64,000 nucleotides of DNA from Auanema rhodensis (GCA_964057225.1 OZ059900.1:15004001-15068000); one strand, 5' to 3'; positions 39,401-51,153 are shown, counted from the stretch's first letter. Notes: generated by a model not told the origin, from the sequence alone. Program-made: numbers and translations.

Positions 39401-40475
39401 TTTTCCAACATAATAAAATATTTCTCATGGGAAATACTGTGTTTTTGTTTTTTTCTAGTGTTCAGCATGTAAAATGCTTCATTTTAGTATGTAACACGCT
39501 GAAATTCGTTGCATTTGACGACTCATATGAACAAAAATCGATTTAATCAATATTAGCCATAAGGGGCGTGCCCTCAGAATATGCTAATTTCCTTAATTTT
39601 CTAACCCCTGTTTTTTTGTCGTGAAAGTGGAACTAGACGTTGTACGAACCATTTTGAGCTAGGTTTCATTGACATTGCATGAGTTTGAACACGTGAAATC
39701 GTAAGTCAAAACCTTGTTTACAGCGAAATTTCCAAAAACTGGTTTTCCAGCATAATAAAATATTTCTCATGGGAAATACTGTGTTTTTGTATTTTTTTAG
39801 TGTTCAGCATGTAAAATGCTTCATTTTAGTATGTAACACGCTGAAATTCGTTGCATTTGACGACTCATATGAACAAAAATCGATTTAATCAATATTAGCC
39901 ATAAGGGGCGTGCCCTCAGAATATGCTAATTTCCTTAATTTTCTAACCCCTGTTTTTTTGTCGTGAAAGTGGAACTAGACGTTGTACGAACAATTTTGAG
40001 CTAGGTTTCATTGACATTGCATGAGTTTGAACACATGAAATCGTAAGTCAAAACCTTGTTTACAGCGAAATTTCCAAAAACTGGTTTTCCAGCATAATAA
40101 AATATTTTTCATGGGAAATACTGTGTTTTTGTATTTTTCTAGTGTTCAGCATGTAAAATGCTTCATTTTAGTATGTAACACGCTGAAATTCGTTGCATTT
40201 GACGACTCATATGAACAAAAATCGATTTAATCAATATTAGCCATAAGGGGCGTGCCCTCAGAATATGCTAATTTCCTTAATTTTCTAACCCCTGTTTTTT
40301 TGTCGTGAAAGTGGAACTAGACGTTGTACGAACAATTTTGAGCTAGGTTTCATTGACATTGCATGAGTTTGAACACATGAAATCGTAAGTCAAAACCTTG
40401 TTTACAGCGAAATTTCCAAAAACTGGTTTTCCAGCATAATAAAATATTTCTCATGGGAAATACTGTGTTTTTGTA
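12414..40475. repeat. 342-bp satellite DNA array, 82 full monomers plus 18 bp
   Basis: ataaggggcg recurs at 12541, 12882, 13224, 13566...; aaatactgtg at 12414 and 40458 differ by 28044 = 82 x 342; monomers differ by only a few substitutions and T-run length. Confidence 0.97.
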
Positions 40476-40643
40476 GAAAATTAAGGAAATTAGTATATTC
40501 TGAGGGCACGCCCCTTATAGCTAATATTGATTAAATCGATTTTTGTTCATATGAGTCGTCAAATGCAACGAATTTCAGCGTGTTACATACTAAAATGAAG
40601 CATTTTACATGCTGAACACTAGAAAAATACAAAAACACAGTAT
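40474..40643 (-). repeat. Inverted 170-bp partial satellite monomer (forms an inverted repeat with 12416-12585 and with every monomer)
   Basis: tagaaaattaagg...aaaaacacagtat is the reverse complement of atactgtgttttt...ccttaattttcta, with 2 substitutions (40494, 40519). Confidence 0.95.
40631..40635 (-). terminator. Satellite-derived T5 acting as probable replacement Pol III terminator for the junction tRNA
   Basis: Minus strand reads ...GGGGAG ATACTGTG TTTTT G. Confidence 0.6.
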
Positions 40644-40715
40644 CTCCCCGGCCGGGAATTGAACCCGGGTCTCGCATGTGACAGACGCGGATACTCACCA
40701 CTATACTACCGAGGA
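40644..40715 (-). tRNA. tRNA-Asp-GTC: tRNA-Asp(GUC), junction copy
   Basis: Intact gene body; 3' trailer replaced by inverted satellite. Confidence 0.92.
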
Positions 40716-41081
40716 TTGAATTTGCACTTAGAAACTTTCATTAAGAGTGTGAGTTTGAATTATAGTAGAAAAATGAAACACTGTCTCTAACATATCTTGA
40801 TTTATGGCCTACTTTACTCAAAGAGCTAATTGAAGTTTGGTGTTAGAATGAACAATTGATTAACGCTGACGTTTCAATTTTTTTCATCGTAATTGAGATA
40901 GAACATTTAAATTAAATGGAAAGGTTTAAAAATTTAGAAAAAATCACAAGCTCAAATCACTTTTGAAAAAACAGAAAGTTTAAAACAACCTTTTTTCTAA
41001 TAATTATCTTTTTTATCCGACTTTTGTAAAAAAACAAAAATAGCATAACATTCAATAACGATGAATCAGAACAAAAACATT

Positions 41082-41153
41082 CTCCCCGGCCGGGAATTGA
41101 ACCCGGGTCTCGCATGTGACAGACGCGGATACTCACCACTATACTACCGAGGA
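41082..41153 (-). tRNA. tRNA-Asp-GTC: tRNA-Asp(GUC)
   Basis: as 101-172. Confidence 0.95.
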
Positions 41154-41519
41154 TTGAATTTGCACTTAGAAACTTTCATTAAGAGTGTGAGTTTGAATTA
41201 TAGTAGAAAAATGAAACACTGTCTCTAACATATCTTGATTTATGGCCTACTTTACTCAAAGAGCTAATTGAAGTTTGGTGTTAGAATGAACAATTGATTA
41301 ACGCTGACGTTTCAATTTTTTTCATCGTAATTGAGATAGAACATTTAAATTAAATGGAAAGGTTTAAAAATTTAGAAAAAATCACAAGCTCAAATCACTT
41401 TTGAAAAAACAGAAAGTTTAAAACAACCTTTTTTCTAATAATTATCTTTTTATTTCGACTTTTGGAAGAAAACAAAAATAGCATAACATTCAATAACGAT
41501 GAATCAGAACAAAAACATT

Positions 41520-41591
41520 CTCCCCGGCCGGGAATTGAACCCGGGTCTCGCATGTGACAGACGCGGATACTCACCACTATACTACCGAGGA
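41520..41591 (-). tRNA. tRNA-Asp-GTC: tRNA-Asp(GUC)
   Basis: as 101-172. Confidence 0.95.
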
Positions 41592-41957
41592 TTGAATTTG
41601 CACTTAGAAACTTTCATTAAGAGTGTGAGTTTGAATTATAGTAGAAAAATGAAACACTGTCTCTAACATATCTTGATTTATGGCCTACTTTACTCAAAGA
41701 GCTAATTGAAGTTTGGTGTTAGAATGAACAATTGATTAACGCTGACGTTTCAATTTTTTTCATCGTAATTGAGATAGAACATTTAAATTAAATGGAAATG
41801 TTTAAAAATTTAGAAAAAATCACAAGCTCAAATCACTTTTGAAAAAACAGAAAGTTTAAAACAACCTTTTTTCTAATAATTATCTTTTTTATCCGACTTT
41901 TGTAAAAAAACAAAAATAGCATAACATTCAATAACGATGAATCAGAACAAAAACATT

Positions 41958-42029
41958 CTCCCCGGCCGGGAATTGAACCCGGGTCTCGCATGTGACAGAC
42001 GCGGATACTCACCACTATACTACCGAGGA
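41958..42029 (-). tRNA. tRNA-Asp-GTC: tRNA-Asp(GUC)
   Basis: as 101-172. Confidence 0.95.
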
Positions 42030-42395
42030 TTGAATTTGCACTTAGAAACTTTCATTAAGAGTGTGAGTTTGAATTATAGTAGAAAAATGAAACACTGTCT
42101 CTAACATATCTTGATTTATGGCCTACTTTACTCAAAGAGCTAATTGAAGTTTGGTGTTAGAATGAACAATTGATTAACGCTGACGTTTCAATTTTTTTCA
42201 TCGTAATTGAGATAGAACATTTAAATTAAATGGAAAGGTTTAAAAATTTAGAAAAAATCACAAGCTCAAATCACTTTTGAAAAAACAGAAAGTTTAAAAC
42301 AACCTTTTTTCTAATAATTATCTTTTTTATCCGACTTTTGTAAAAAAACAAAAATAGCATAACATTCAATAACGATGAATCAGAACAAAAACATT

Positions 42396-42467
42396 CTCCC
42401 CGGCCGGGAATTGAACCCGGGTCTCGCATGTGACAGACGCGGATACTCACCACTATACTACCGAGGA
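42396..42467 (-). tRNA. tRNA-Asp-GTC: tRNA-Asp(GUC)
   Basis: as 101-172. Confidence 0.95.
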
Positions 42468-42833
42468 TTGAATTTGCACTTAGAAACTTTCATTAAGAGT
42501 GTGAGTTTGAATTATAGTAGAAAAATGAAACACTGTCTCTAACATATCTTGATTTATGGCCTACTTTACTCAAAGAGCTAATTGAAGTTTGGTGTTAAAA
42601 TGAACAATTGATTAACGCTGACGTTTCAATTTTTTTCATCGTAATTGAGATAGAACATTTAAATTAAATGGAAATGTTTAAAAATTTAGAAAAAATCACA
42701 AGCTCAAATCACTTTTGAAAAAACAGAAAGTTTAAAACAACCTTTTTTCTAATAATTATCTTTTTAATTCGACTTTTGGAAGAAAACAAAAATAGCATAA
42801 CATTCAATAACGATGAATCAGAACAAAAACATT

Positions 42834-42905
42834 CTCCCCGGCCGGGAATTGAACCCGGGTCTCGCATGTGACAGACGCGGATACTCACCACTATACTACC
42901 GAGGA
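42834..42905 (-). tRNA. tRNA-Asp-GTC: tRNA-Asp(GUC)
   Basis: as 101-172. Confidence 0.95.
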
Positions 42906-43271
42906 TTGAATTTGCACTTAGAAACTTTCATTAAGAGTGTGAGTTTGAATTATAGTAGAAAAATGAAACACTGTCTCTAACATATCTTGATTTATGGCCT
43001 ACTTTACTCAAAGAGCTAATTGAAGTTTGGTGTTAGAATGAACAATTGATTAACGCTGACGTTTCAATTTTTTTCATCGTAATTGAGATAGAACATTTAA
43101 ATTAAATGGAAAGGTTTAAAAATTTAGAAAAAATCACAAGCTCAAATCACTTTTGAAAAAACAGAAAGTTTAAAACAACCTTTTTTCTAATAATTATCTT
43201 TTTATTTCGACTTTTGGAAGAAAACAAAAATAGCATAACATTCAATAACGATGAATCAGAACAAAAACATT

Positions 43272-43343
43272 CTCCCCGGCCGGGAATTGAACCCGGGTCT
43301 CGCATGTGACAGACGCGGATACTCACCACTATACTACCGAGGA
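43272..43343 (-). tRNA. tRNA-Asp-GTC: tRNA-Asp(GUC)
   Basis: as 101-172. Confidence 0.95.
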
Positions 43344-43709
43344 TTGAATTTGCACTTAGAAACTTTCATTAAGAGTGTGAGTTTGAATTATAGTAGAAAA
43401 ATGAAACACTGTCTCTAACATATCTTGATTTATGGCCTACTTTACTCAAAGAGCTAATTGAAGTTTGGTGTTAAAATGAACAATTGATTAACGCTGACGT
43501 TTCAATTTTTTTCATCGTATTTGAGATAGAACATTTAAATTAAATGGAAATGTTTAAAAATTTAGAAAAAATCACAAGCTCAAATCACTTTTGAAAAAAC
43601 AGAAAGTTTAAAACAACCTTTTTTCTAATAATTATCTTTTTAATTCGACTTTTGGAAGAAAACAAAAATAGCATAACATTCAATAACGATGAATCAGAAC
43701 AAAAACATT

Positions 43710-43781
43710 CTCCCCGGCCGGGAATTGAACCCGGGTCTCGCATGTGACAGACGCGGATACTCACCACTATACTACCGAGGA
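43710..43781 (-). tRNA. tRNA-Asp-GTC: tRNA-Asp(GUC)
   Basis: as 101-172. Confidence 0.95.
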
Positions 43782-44147
43782 TTGAATTTGCACTTAGAAA
43801 CTTTCATTAAGAGTGTGAGTTTGAATTATAGTAGAAAAATGAAACACTGTCTCTAACATATCTTGATTTATGGCCTACTTTACTCAAAGAGCTAATTGAA
43901 GTTTGGTGTTAGAATGAATAATTGATTAACGCTGACGTTTCAATTTTTTTCATCGTAATTGAGATAGAACATTCAAATTAAATAGAAATGTTTAAAAATT
44001 TAGAAAAAATCACAAGCTCAAATCACTTTTGAAAAAACAGAAAGTTTAAAACAACCTTTTTTCTAATAATTATCTTTTTTATCCGACTTTTGTAAAAAAA
44101 CAAAAATAGCATAACATTCAATAACGATGAATCAGAACAAAAACATT

Positions 44148-44219
44148 CTCCCCGGCCGGGAATTGAACCCGGGTCTCGCATGTGACAGACGCGGATACTC
44201 ACCACTATACTACCGAGGA
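44148..44219 (-). tRNA. tRNA-Asp-GTC: tRNA-Asp(GUC)
   Basis: as 101-172. Confidence 0.95.
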
Positions 44220-44585
44220 TTGAATTTGCACTTAGAAACTTTCATTAAGAGTGTGAGTTTGAATTATAGTAGAAAAATGAAACACTGTCTCTAACATATC
44301 TTGATTTATGGCCTACTTTACTCAAAGAGCTAATTGAAGTTTGGTGTTAAAATGAACAATTGATTAACGCTGACGTTTCAATTTTTTTCATCGTAATTGA
44401 GATAGAACATTTAAATTAAATGGAAATGTTTAAAAATTTAGAAAAAATCACAAGCTCAAATCACTTTTGAAAAAACAGAAAGTTTAAAACAACCTTTTTT
44501 CTAATAATTATCTTTTTAATTCGACTTTTGGAAGAAAACAAAAATAGCATAACATTCAATAACGATGAATCAGAACAAAAACATT

Positions 44586-44656
44586 CTCCCCGGCCGGGAT
44601 TGAACCCGGGTCTCGCATGTGACAGACGCGGATACTCACCACTATACTACCGAGGA
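44586..44656 (-). tRNA. tRNA-Asp-GTC: tRNA-Asp(GUC), 1-nt T-loop deletion (possible pseudogene)
   Basis: gggattgaac instead of gggaattgaac; 6-nt T-loop. Confidence 0.7.
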
Positions 44657-45022
44657 TTGAATTTGCACTTAGAAACTTTCATTAAGAGTGTGAGTTTGAA
44701 TTATAGTAGAAAAATGAAACACTGTCTCTAACATATCTTGATTTATGGCCTACTTTACTCAAAGAGCTAATGGAAGTTTGGTGTTAGAATGAACAATTGA
44801 TTAACGCTGACGTTTCAATTTTTTTCATCGTAATTGAGATAGAACATTTAAATTAAATGGAAATGTTTAAAAATTTAGAAAAAATCACAAGCTCAAATCA
44901 CTTTTGAAAAAACAGAAAGTTTAAAACAACTTTTTTTCTAATAATTATCTTTTTTATCCGACTTTTGTAAAAAAACAAAAATAGCATAACATTCAATAAC
45001 GATGAATCAGAACAAAAACATT

Positions 45023-45094
45023 CTCCCCGGCCGGGAATTGAACCCGGGTCTCGCATGTGACAGACGCGGATACTCACCACTATACTACCGAGGA
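45023..45094 (-). tRNA. tRNA-Asp-GTC: tRNA-Asp(GUC)
   Basis: as 101-172. Confidence 0.95.
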
Positions 45095-45460
45095 TTGAAT
45101 TTGCACTTAGAAACTTTCATTAAGAGTGTGAGTTTGAATTATAGTAGAAAAATGAAACACTGTCTCTAACATATCTTGATTTATGGCCTACTTTACTCAA
45201 AGAGCTAATTGAAGTTTGGTGTTAGAATGAACAATTGATTAACGCTGACGTTCCATTTTTTTTCATCGTAATTGAGATAGAACATTTAAATTAAATGGAA
45301 ATGTTTAAAAATTTAGAAAAAATCACAAGCTCAAATCACTTTTGAAAAAACAGAAAGTTTAAAACAACCTTTTTTCTAATAATTATCTTTTTAATTCGAC
45401 TTTTGGAAGAAAACAAAAATAGCATAACATTCAATAACGATGAATCAGAACAAAAACATT

Positions 45461-45532
45461 CTCCCCGGCCGGGAATTGAACCCGGGTCTCGCATGTGACA
45501 GACGCGGATACTCACCACTATACTACCGAGGA
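45461..45532 (-). tRNA. tRNA-Asp-GTC: tRNA-Asp(GUC)
   Basis: as 101-172. Confidence 0.95.
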
Positions 45533-45898
45533 TTGAATTTGCACTTAGAAACTTTCATTAAGAGTGTGAGTTTGAATTATAGTAGAAAAATGAAACACTG
45601 TCTCTAACATATCTTGATTTATGGCCTACTTTACTCAAAGAGCTAATGGAAGTTTGGTGTTAGAATGAACAATTGATTAACGCTGACGTTTCAATTTTTT
45701 TCATCGTAATTGAGATAGAACATTTAAATTAAATGGAAAAGTTTAAAAATTTAGAAAAAATCACAAGCTCAAATCACTTTTGGAAAAACAGAAAGTTTAA
45801 AACAACCTTTTTTCTAATAATTATCTTTTTTATCCGACTTTTGTAAAAAAACAAAAATAGCATAACATTCAATAACGATGAATCAGAACGAAAACATT

Positions 45899-45970
45899 CT
45901 CCCCGGCCGGGAATTGAACCCGGGTCTCGCATGTGACAGACGCGGATACTCACCACTATACTACCGAGGA
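45899..45970 (-). tRNA. tRNA-Asp-GTC: tRNA-Asp(GUC)
   Basis: as 101-172; T4 terminator. Confidence 0.95.
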
Positions 45971-46336
45971 TTGAATTTGCACTTAGAAACTTTCATTAAG
46001 AGTGTGAGTTTGAATTATAGTAGAAAAATGAAACACTGTCTCTAACATATCTTGATTTATGGCCTACTTTACTCAAAGAGCTAATTGAAGTTTGGTGTTA
46101 GAATGAACAATTGATTAACGCTGACGTTTCAATTTTTTTCATCGTAATTGAGATAGAACATTTAAATTAAATGGAAATGTTTAAAAATTTAGAAAAAATC
46201 ACAAGCTCAAATCACTTTTGAAAAAACAGAAAGTTTAAAACAACCTCTTTTCTAATAATTATCTTTTTTATCCGACTTTTGTAAAAAAACAAAAATAGCA
46301 TAACATTCAATAACGATGAATCAGAACAAAAACATT

Positions 46337-46408
46337 CTCCCCGGCCGGGAATTGAACCCGGGTCTCGCATGTGACAGACGCGGATACTCACCACTATACT
46401 ACCGAGGA
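46337..46408 (-). tRNA. tRNA-Asp-GTC: tRNA-Asp(GUC)
   Basis: as 101-172. Confidence 0.95.
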
Positions 46409-46774
46409 TTGAATTTGCATTTAGAAACTTTCATTCAGAGTGTGAGTTCGAATTATAGTAGAAAAATGAAACACTGTCTCTAACATATCTTGATTTATGG
46501 CCTACTTTACTCAAAGAGCTAATTGAAGTTTGGTGTTAAAATGAACAATTGATTAACGCTGACGTTCCATTTTTTTTCATCGTAATTGAGATAGAACATT
46601 TAAATTAAATGGAAATGTTTAAAAATTTAGAAAAAATCACAAGCTCAAATCACTTTTGAAAAAACAGAAAGTTTAAAACAACCTTTTTTCTAATAATTAT
46701 CTTTTTAATTCGACTTTTGGAAGAAAACAAAAATAGCATAACATTCAATAACGATGAATCAGAACAAAAACATT

Positions 46775-46846
46775 CTCCCCGGCCGGGAATTGAACCCGGG
46801 TCTCGCATGTGACAGACGCGGATACTCACCACTATACTACCGAGGA
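46775..46846 (-). tRNA. tRNA-Asp-GTC: tRNA-Asp(GUC)
   Basis: as 101-172. Confidence 0.95.
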
Positions 46847-47212
46847 TTGAATTTGCACTTAGAAACTTTCATTAAGAGTGTGAGTTTGAATTATAGTAGA
46901 AAAATGAAACACTGTCTCTAACATATCTTGATTTATGGCCTACTTTACTCAAAGAGCTAATGGAAGTTTGGTGTTAGAATGAACAATTGATTAACGCTGA
47001 CGTTTCAATTTTTTTCATCGTAATTGAGATAGAACATTTAAATTAAATGGAAAAGTTTAAAAATTTAGAAAAAATCACAAGCTCAAATCACTTTTGGAAA
47101 AACAGAAAGTTTAAAACAACCTTTTTTCTAATAATTATCTTTTTTATCCGACTTTTGTAAAAAAACAAAAATAGCATAACATTCAATAACGATGAATCAG
47201 AACGAAAACATT

Positions 47213-47284
47213 CTCCCCGGCCGGGAATTGAACCCGGGTCTCGCATGTGACAGACGCGGATACTCACCACTATACTACCGAGGA
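47213..47284 (-). tRNA. tRNA-Asp-GTC: tRNA-Asp(GUC)
   Basis: as 101-172; T4 terminator. Confidence 0.95.
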
Positions 47285-47650
47285 TTGAATTTGCACTTAG
47301 AAACTTTCATTAAGAGTGTGAGTTTGAATTATAGTAGAAAAATGAAACACTGTCTCTAACATATCTTGATTTATGGCCTACTTTACTCAAAGAGCTAATT
47401 GAAGTTTGGTGTTAGAATGAACAATTGATTAACGCTGACGTTTCAATTTTTTTCATCGTAATTGAGATAGAACATTTAAATTAAATGGAAATGTTTAAAA
47501 ATTTAGAAAAAATCACAAGCTCAAATCACTTTTGAAAAAACAGAAAGTTTAAAACAACCTCTTTTCTAATAATTATCTTTTTTATCCGACTTTTGTAAAA
47601 AAACAAAAATAGCATAACATTCAATAACGATGAATCAGAACAAAAACATT

Positions 47651-47722
47651 CTCCCCGGCCGGGAATTGAACCCGGGTCTCGCATGTGACAGACGCGGATA
47701 CTCACCACTATACTACCGAGGA
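47651..47722 (-). tRNA. tRNA-Asp-GTC: tRNA-Asp(GUC)
   Basis: as 101-172. Confidence 0.95.
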
Positions 47723-48088
47723 TTGAATTTGCATTTAGAAACTTTCATTCAGAGTGTGAGTTCGAATTATAGTAGAAAAATGAAACACTGTCTCTAACAT
47801 ATCTTGATTTATGGCCTACTTTACTCAAAGAGCTAATTGAAGTTTGGTGTTAAAATGAACAATTGATTAACGCTGACGTTCCATTTTTTTTCATCGTAAT
47901 TGAGATAGAACATTTAAATTAAATGGAAATGTTTAAAAATTTAGAAAAAATCACAAGCTCAAATCACTTTTGAAAAAACAGAAAGTTTAAAACAACCTTT
48001 TTTCTAATAATTATCTTTTTAATTCGACTTTTGGAAGAAAACAAAAATAGCATAACATTCAATAACGATGAATCAGAACAAAAACATT

Positions 48089-48160
48089 CTCCCCGGCCGG
48101 GAATTGAACCCGGGTCTCGCATGTGACAGACGCGGATACTCACCACTATACTACCGAGGA
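48089..48160 (-). tRNA. tRNA-Asp-GTC: tRNA-Asp(GUC)
   Basis: as 101-172. Confidence 0.95.
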
Positions 48161-48526
48161 TTGAATTTGCACTTAGAAACTTTCATTAAGAGTGTGAGTT
48201 TGAATTATAGTAGAAAAATGAAACACTGTCTCTAACATATCTTGATTTATGGCCTACTTTACTCAAAGAGCTAATGGAAGTTTGGTGTTAGAATGAACAA
48301 TTGATTAACGCTGACGTTTCAATTTTTTTCATCGTAATTGAGATAGAACATTTAAATTAAATGGAAAAGTTTAAAAATTTAGAAAAAATCACAAGCTCAA
48401 ATCACTTTTGGAAAAACAGAAAGTTTAAAACAACCTTTTTTCTAATAATTATCTTTTTTATCCGACTTTTGTAAAAAAACAAAAATAGCATAACATTCAA
48501 TAACGATGAATCAGAACGAAAACATT

Positions 48527-48598
48527 CTCCCCGGCCGGGAATTGAACCCGGGTCTCGCATGTGACAGACGCGGATACTCACCACTATACTACCGAGGA
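48527..48598 (-). tRNA. tRNA-Asp-GTC: tRNA-Asp(GUC)
   Basis: as 101-172; T4 terminator. Confidence 0.95.
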
Positions 48599-48964
48599 TT
48601 GAATTTGCACTTAGAAACTTTCATTAAGAGTGTGAGTTTGAATTATAGTAGAAAAATGAAACACTGTCTCTAACATATCTTGATTTATGGCCTACTTTAC
48701 TCAAAGAGCTAATTGAAGTTTGGTGTTAGAATGAACAATTGATTAACGCTGACGTTTCAATTTTTTTCATCGTAATTGAGATAGAACATTTAAATTAAAT
48801 GGAAATGTTTAAAAATTTAGAAAAAATCACAAGCTCAAATCACTTTTGAAAAAACAGAAAGTTTAAAACAACCTCTTTTCTAATAATTATCTTTTTTATC
48901 CGACTTTTGTAAAAAAACAAAAATAGCATAACATTCAATAACGATGAATCAGAACAAAAACATT

Positions 48965-49036
48965 CTCCCCGGCCGGGAATTGAACCCGGGTCTCGCATGT
49001 GACAGACGCGGATACTCACCACTATACTACCGAGGA
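48965..49036 (-). tRNA. tRNA-Asp-GTC: tRNA-Asp(GUC)
   Basis: as 101-172. Confidence 0.95.
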
Positions 49037-49402
49037 TTGAATTTGCATTTAGAAACTTTCATTCAGAGTGTGAGTTCGAATTATAGTAGAAAAATGAAAC
49101 ACTGTCTCTAACATATCTTGATTTATGGCCTACTTTACTCAAAGAGCTAATTGAAGTTTGGTGTTAAAATGAACAATTGATTAACGCTGACGTTTCAATT
49201 TTTTTCATCGTAATTGAGATAGAACATTTAAATTAAATGGAAATGTTTAAAAATTTAGAAAAAATCACAAGCTCAAATCACTTTTGAAAAAACAGAAAGT
49301 TTAAAACAACCTTCTTTCTAATAATTATCTTTTTAATTCGACTTTTGGAAGAAAACAAAAATAGCATAACATTCAATAACGATGAATCAGAACAAAAACA
49401 TT

Positions 49403-49474
49403 CTCCCCGGCCGGGAATTGAACCCGGGTCTCGCATGTGACAGACGCGGATACTCACCACTATACTACCGAGGA
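49403..49474 (-). tRNA. tRNA-Asp-GTC: tRNA-Asp(GUC)
   Basis: as 101-172. Confidence 0.95.
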
Positions 49475-49840
49475 TTGAATTTGCACTTAGAAACTTTCAT
49501 TCAGAGTGTGAGTTCGAATTATAGTAGAAAAATGAAACACTGTCTCTAACATATCTTGATTTATGGCCTACTTTACTCAAAGAGCTAATTGAAGTTTGGT
49601 GTTAAAATGAACAATTGATTAACGCTGACGTTTCAATTTTTTTCATCGTAATTGAGATAGAACATTTAAATTAAATGGAAATGTTTAAAAATTTAGAAAA
49701 AATCACAAGCTCAAATCACTTTTGAAAAAACAGAAAGTTTAAAACAACCTTTTTTCTAATAATTATCTTTTTAATTCGACTTTTGGAAGAAAACAAAAAT
49801 AGCATAACATTCAATAACGATGAATCAGAACAAAAACATT

Positions 49841-49911
49841 CTCCCCGGCCGGGATTGAACCCGGGTCTCGCATGTGACAGACGCGGATACTCACCACTAT
49901 ACTACCGAGGA
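49841..49911 (-). tRNA. tRNA-Asp-GTC: tRNA-Asp(GUC), 1-nt T-loop deletion (possible pseudogene)
   Basis: same deletion as 44586 copy. Confidence 0.7.
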
Positions 49912-50277
49912 TTGAATTTGCACTTAGAAACTTTCATTAAGAGTGTGAGTTTGAATTATAGTAGAAAAATGAAACACTGTCTCTAACATATCTTGATTTA
50001 TGGCCTACTTTACTCAAAGAGCTAATGGAAGTTTGGTGTTAGAATGAACAATTGATTAACGCTGACGTTTCAATTTTTTTCATCGTAATTGAGATAGAAC
50101 ATTTAAATTAAATGGAAATGTTTAAAAATTTAGAAAAAATCACAAGCTCAAATCACTTTTGAAAAAACAGAAAGTTTAAAACAACTTTTTTTCTAATAAT
50201 TATCTTTTTTATCCGACTTTTGTAAAAAAACAAAAATAGCATAACATTCAATAACGATGAATCAGAACAAAAACATT

Positions 50278-50349
50278 CTCCCCGGCCGGGAATTGAACCC
50301 GGGTCTCGCATGTGACAGACGCGGATACTCACCACTATACTACCGAGGA
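50278..50349 (-). tRNA. tRNA-Asp-GTC: tRNA-Asp(GUC)
   Basis: as 101-172. Confidence 0.95.
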
Positions 50350-50715
50350 TTGAATTTGCACTTAGAAACTTTCATTAAGAGTGTGAGTTTGAATTATAGT
50401 AGAAAAATGAAACACTGTCTCTAACATATCTTGATTTATGGCCTACTTTACTCAAAGAGCTAATTGAAGTTTGGTGTTAGAATGAACAATTGATTAACGC
50501 TGACGTTCCATTTTTTTTCATCGTAATTGAGATAGAACATTTAAATTAAATGGAAATGTTTAAAAATTTAGAAAAAATCACAAGCTCAAATCACTTTTGA
50601 AAAAACAGAAAGTTTAAAACAACCTCTTTTCTAATAATTATCTTTTTTATCCGACTTTTGTAAAAAAACAAAAATAGCATAACATTCAATAACGATGAAT
50701 CAGAACAAAAACATT

Positions 50716-50787
50716 CTCCCCGGCCGGGAATTGAACCCGGGTCTCGCATGTGACAGACGCGGATACTCACCACTATACTACCGAGGA
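50716..50787 (-). tRNA. tRNA-Asp-GTC: tRNA-Asp(GUC)
   Basis: as 101-172. Confidence 0.95.
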
Positions 50788-51153
50788 TTGAATTTGCATT
50801 TAGAAACTTTCATTCAGAGTGTGAGTTCGAATTATAGTAGAAAAATGAAACACTGTCTCTAACATATCTTGATTTATGGCCTACTTTACTCAAAGAGCTA
50901 ATTGAAGTTTGGTGTTAAAATGAACAATTGATTAACGCTGACGTTCCATTTTTTTTCATCGTAATTGAGATAGAACATTTAAATTAAATGGAAATGTTTA
51001 AAAATTTAGAAAAAATCACAAGCTCAAATCACTTTTGAAAAAACAGAAAGTTTAAAACAACCTTTTTTCTAATAATTATCTTTTTAATTCGACTTTTGGA
51101 AGAAAACAAAAATAGCATAACATTCAATAACGATGAATCAGAACAAAAACATT

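Noticed and set aside
12414-40475. 82 satellite monomers equals 82 tRNA copies
   Set aside because: Coincidence: the tRNA count is set by the arbitrary window edges.
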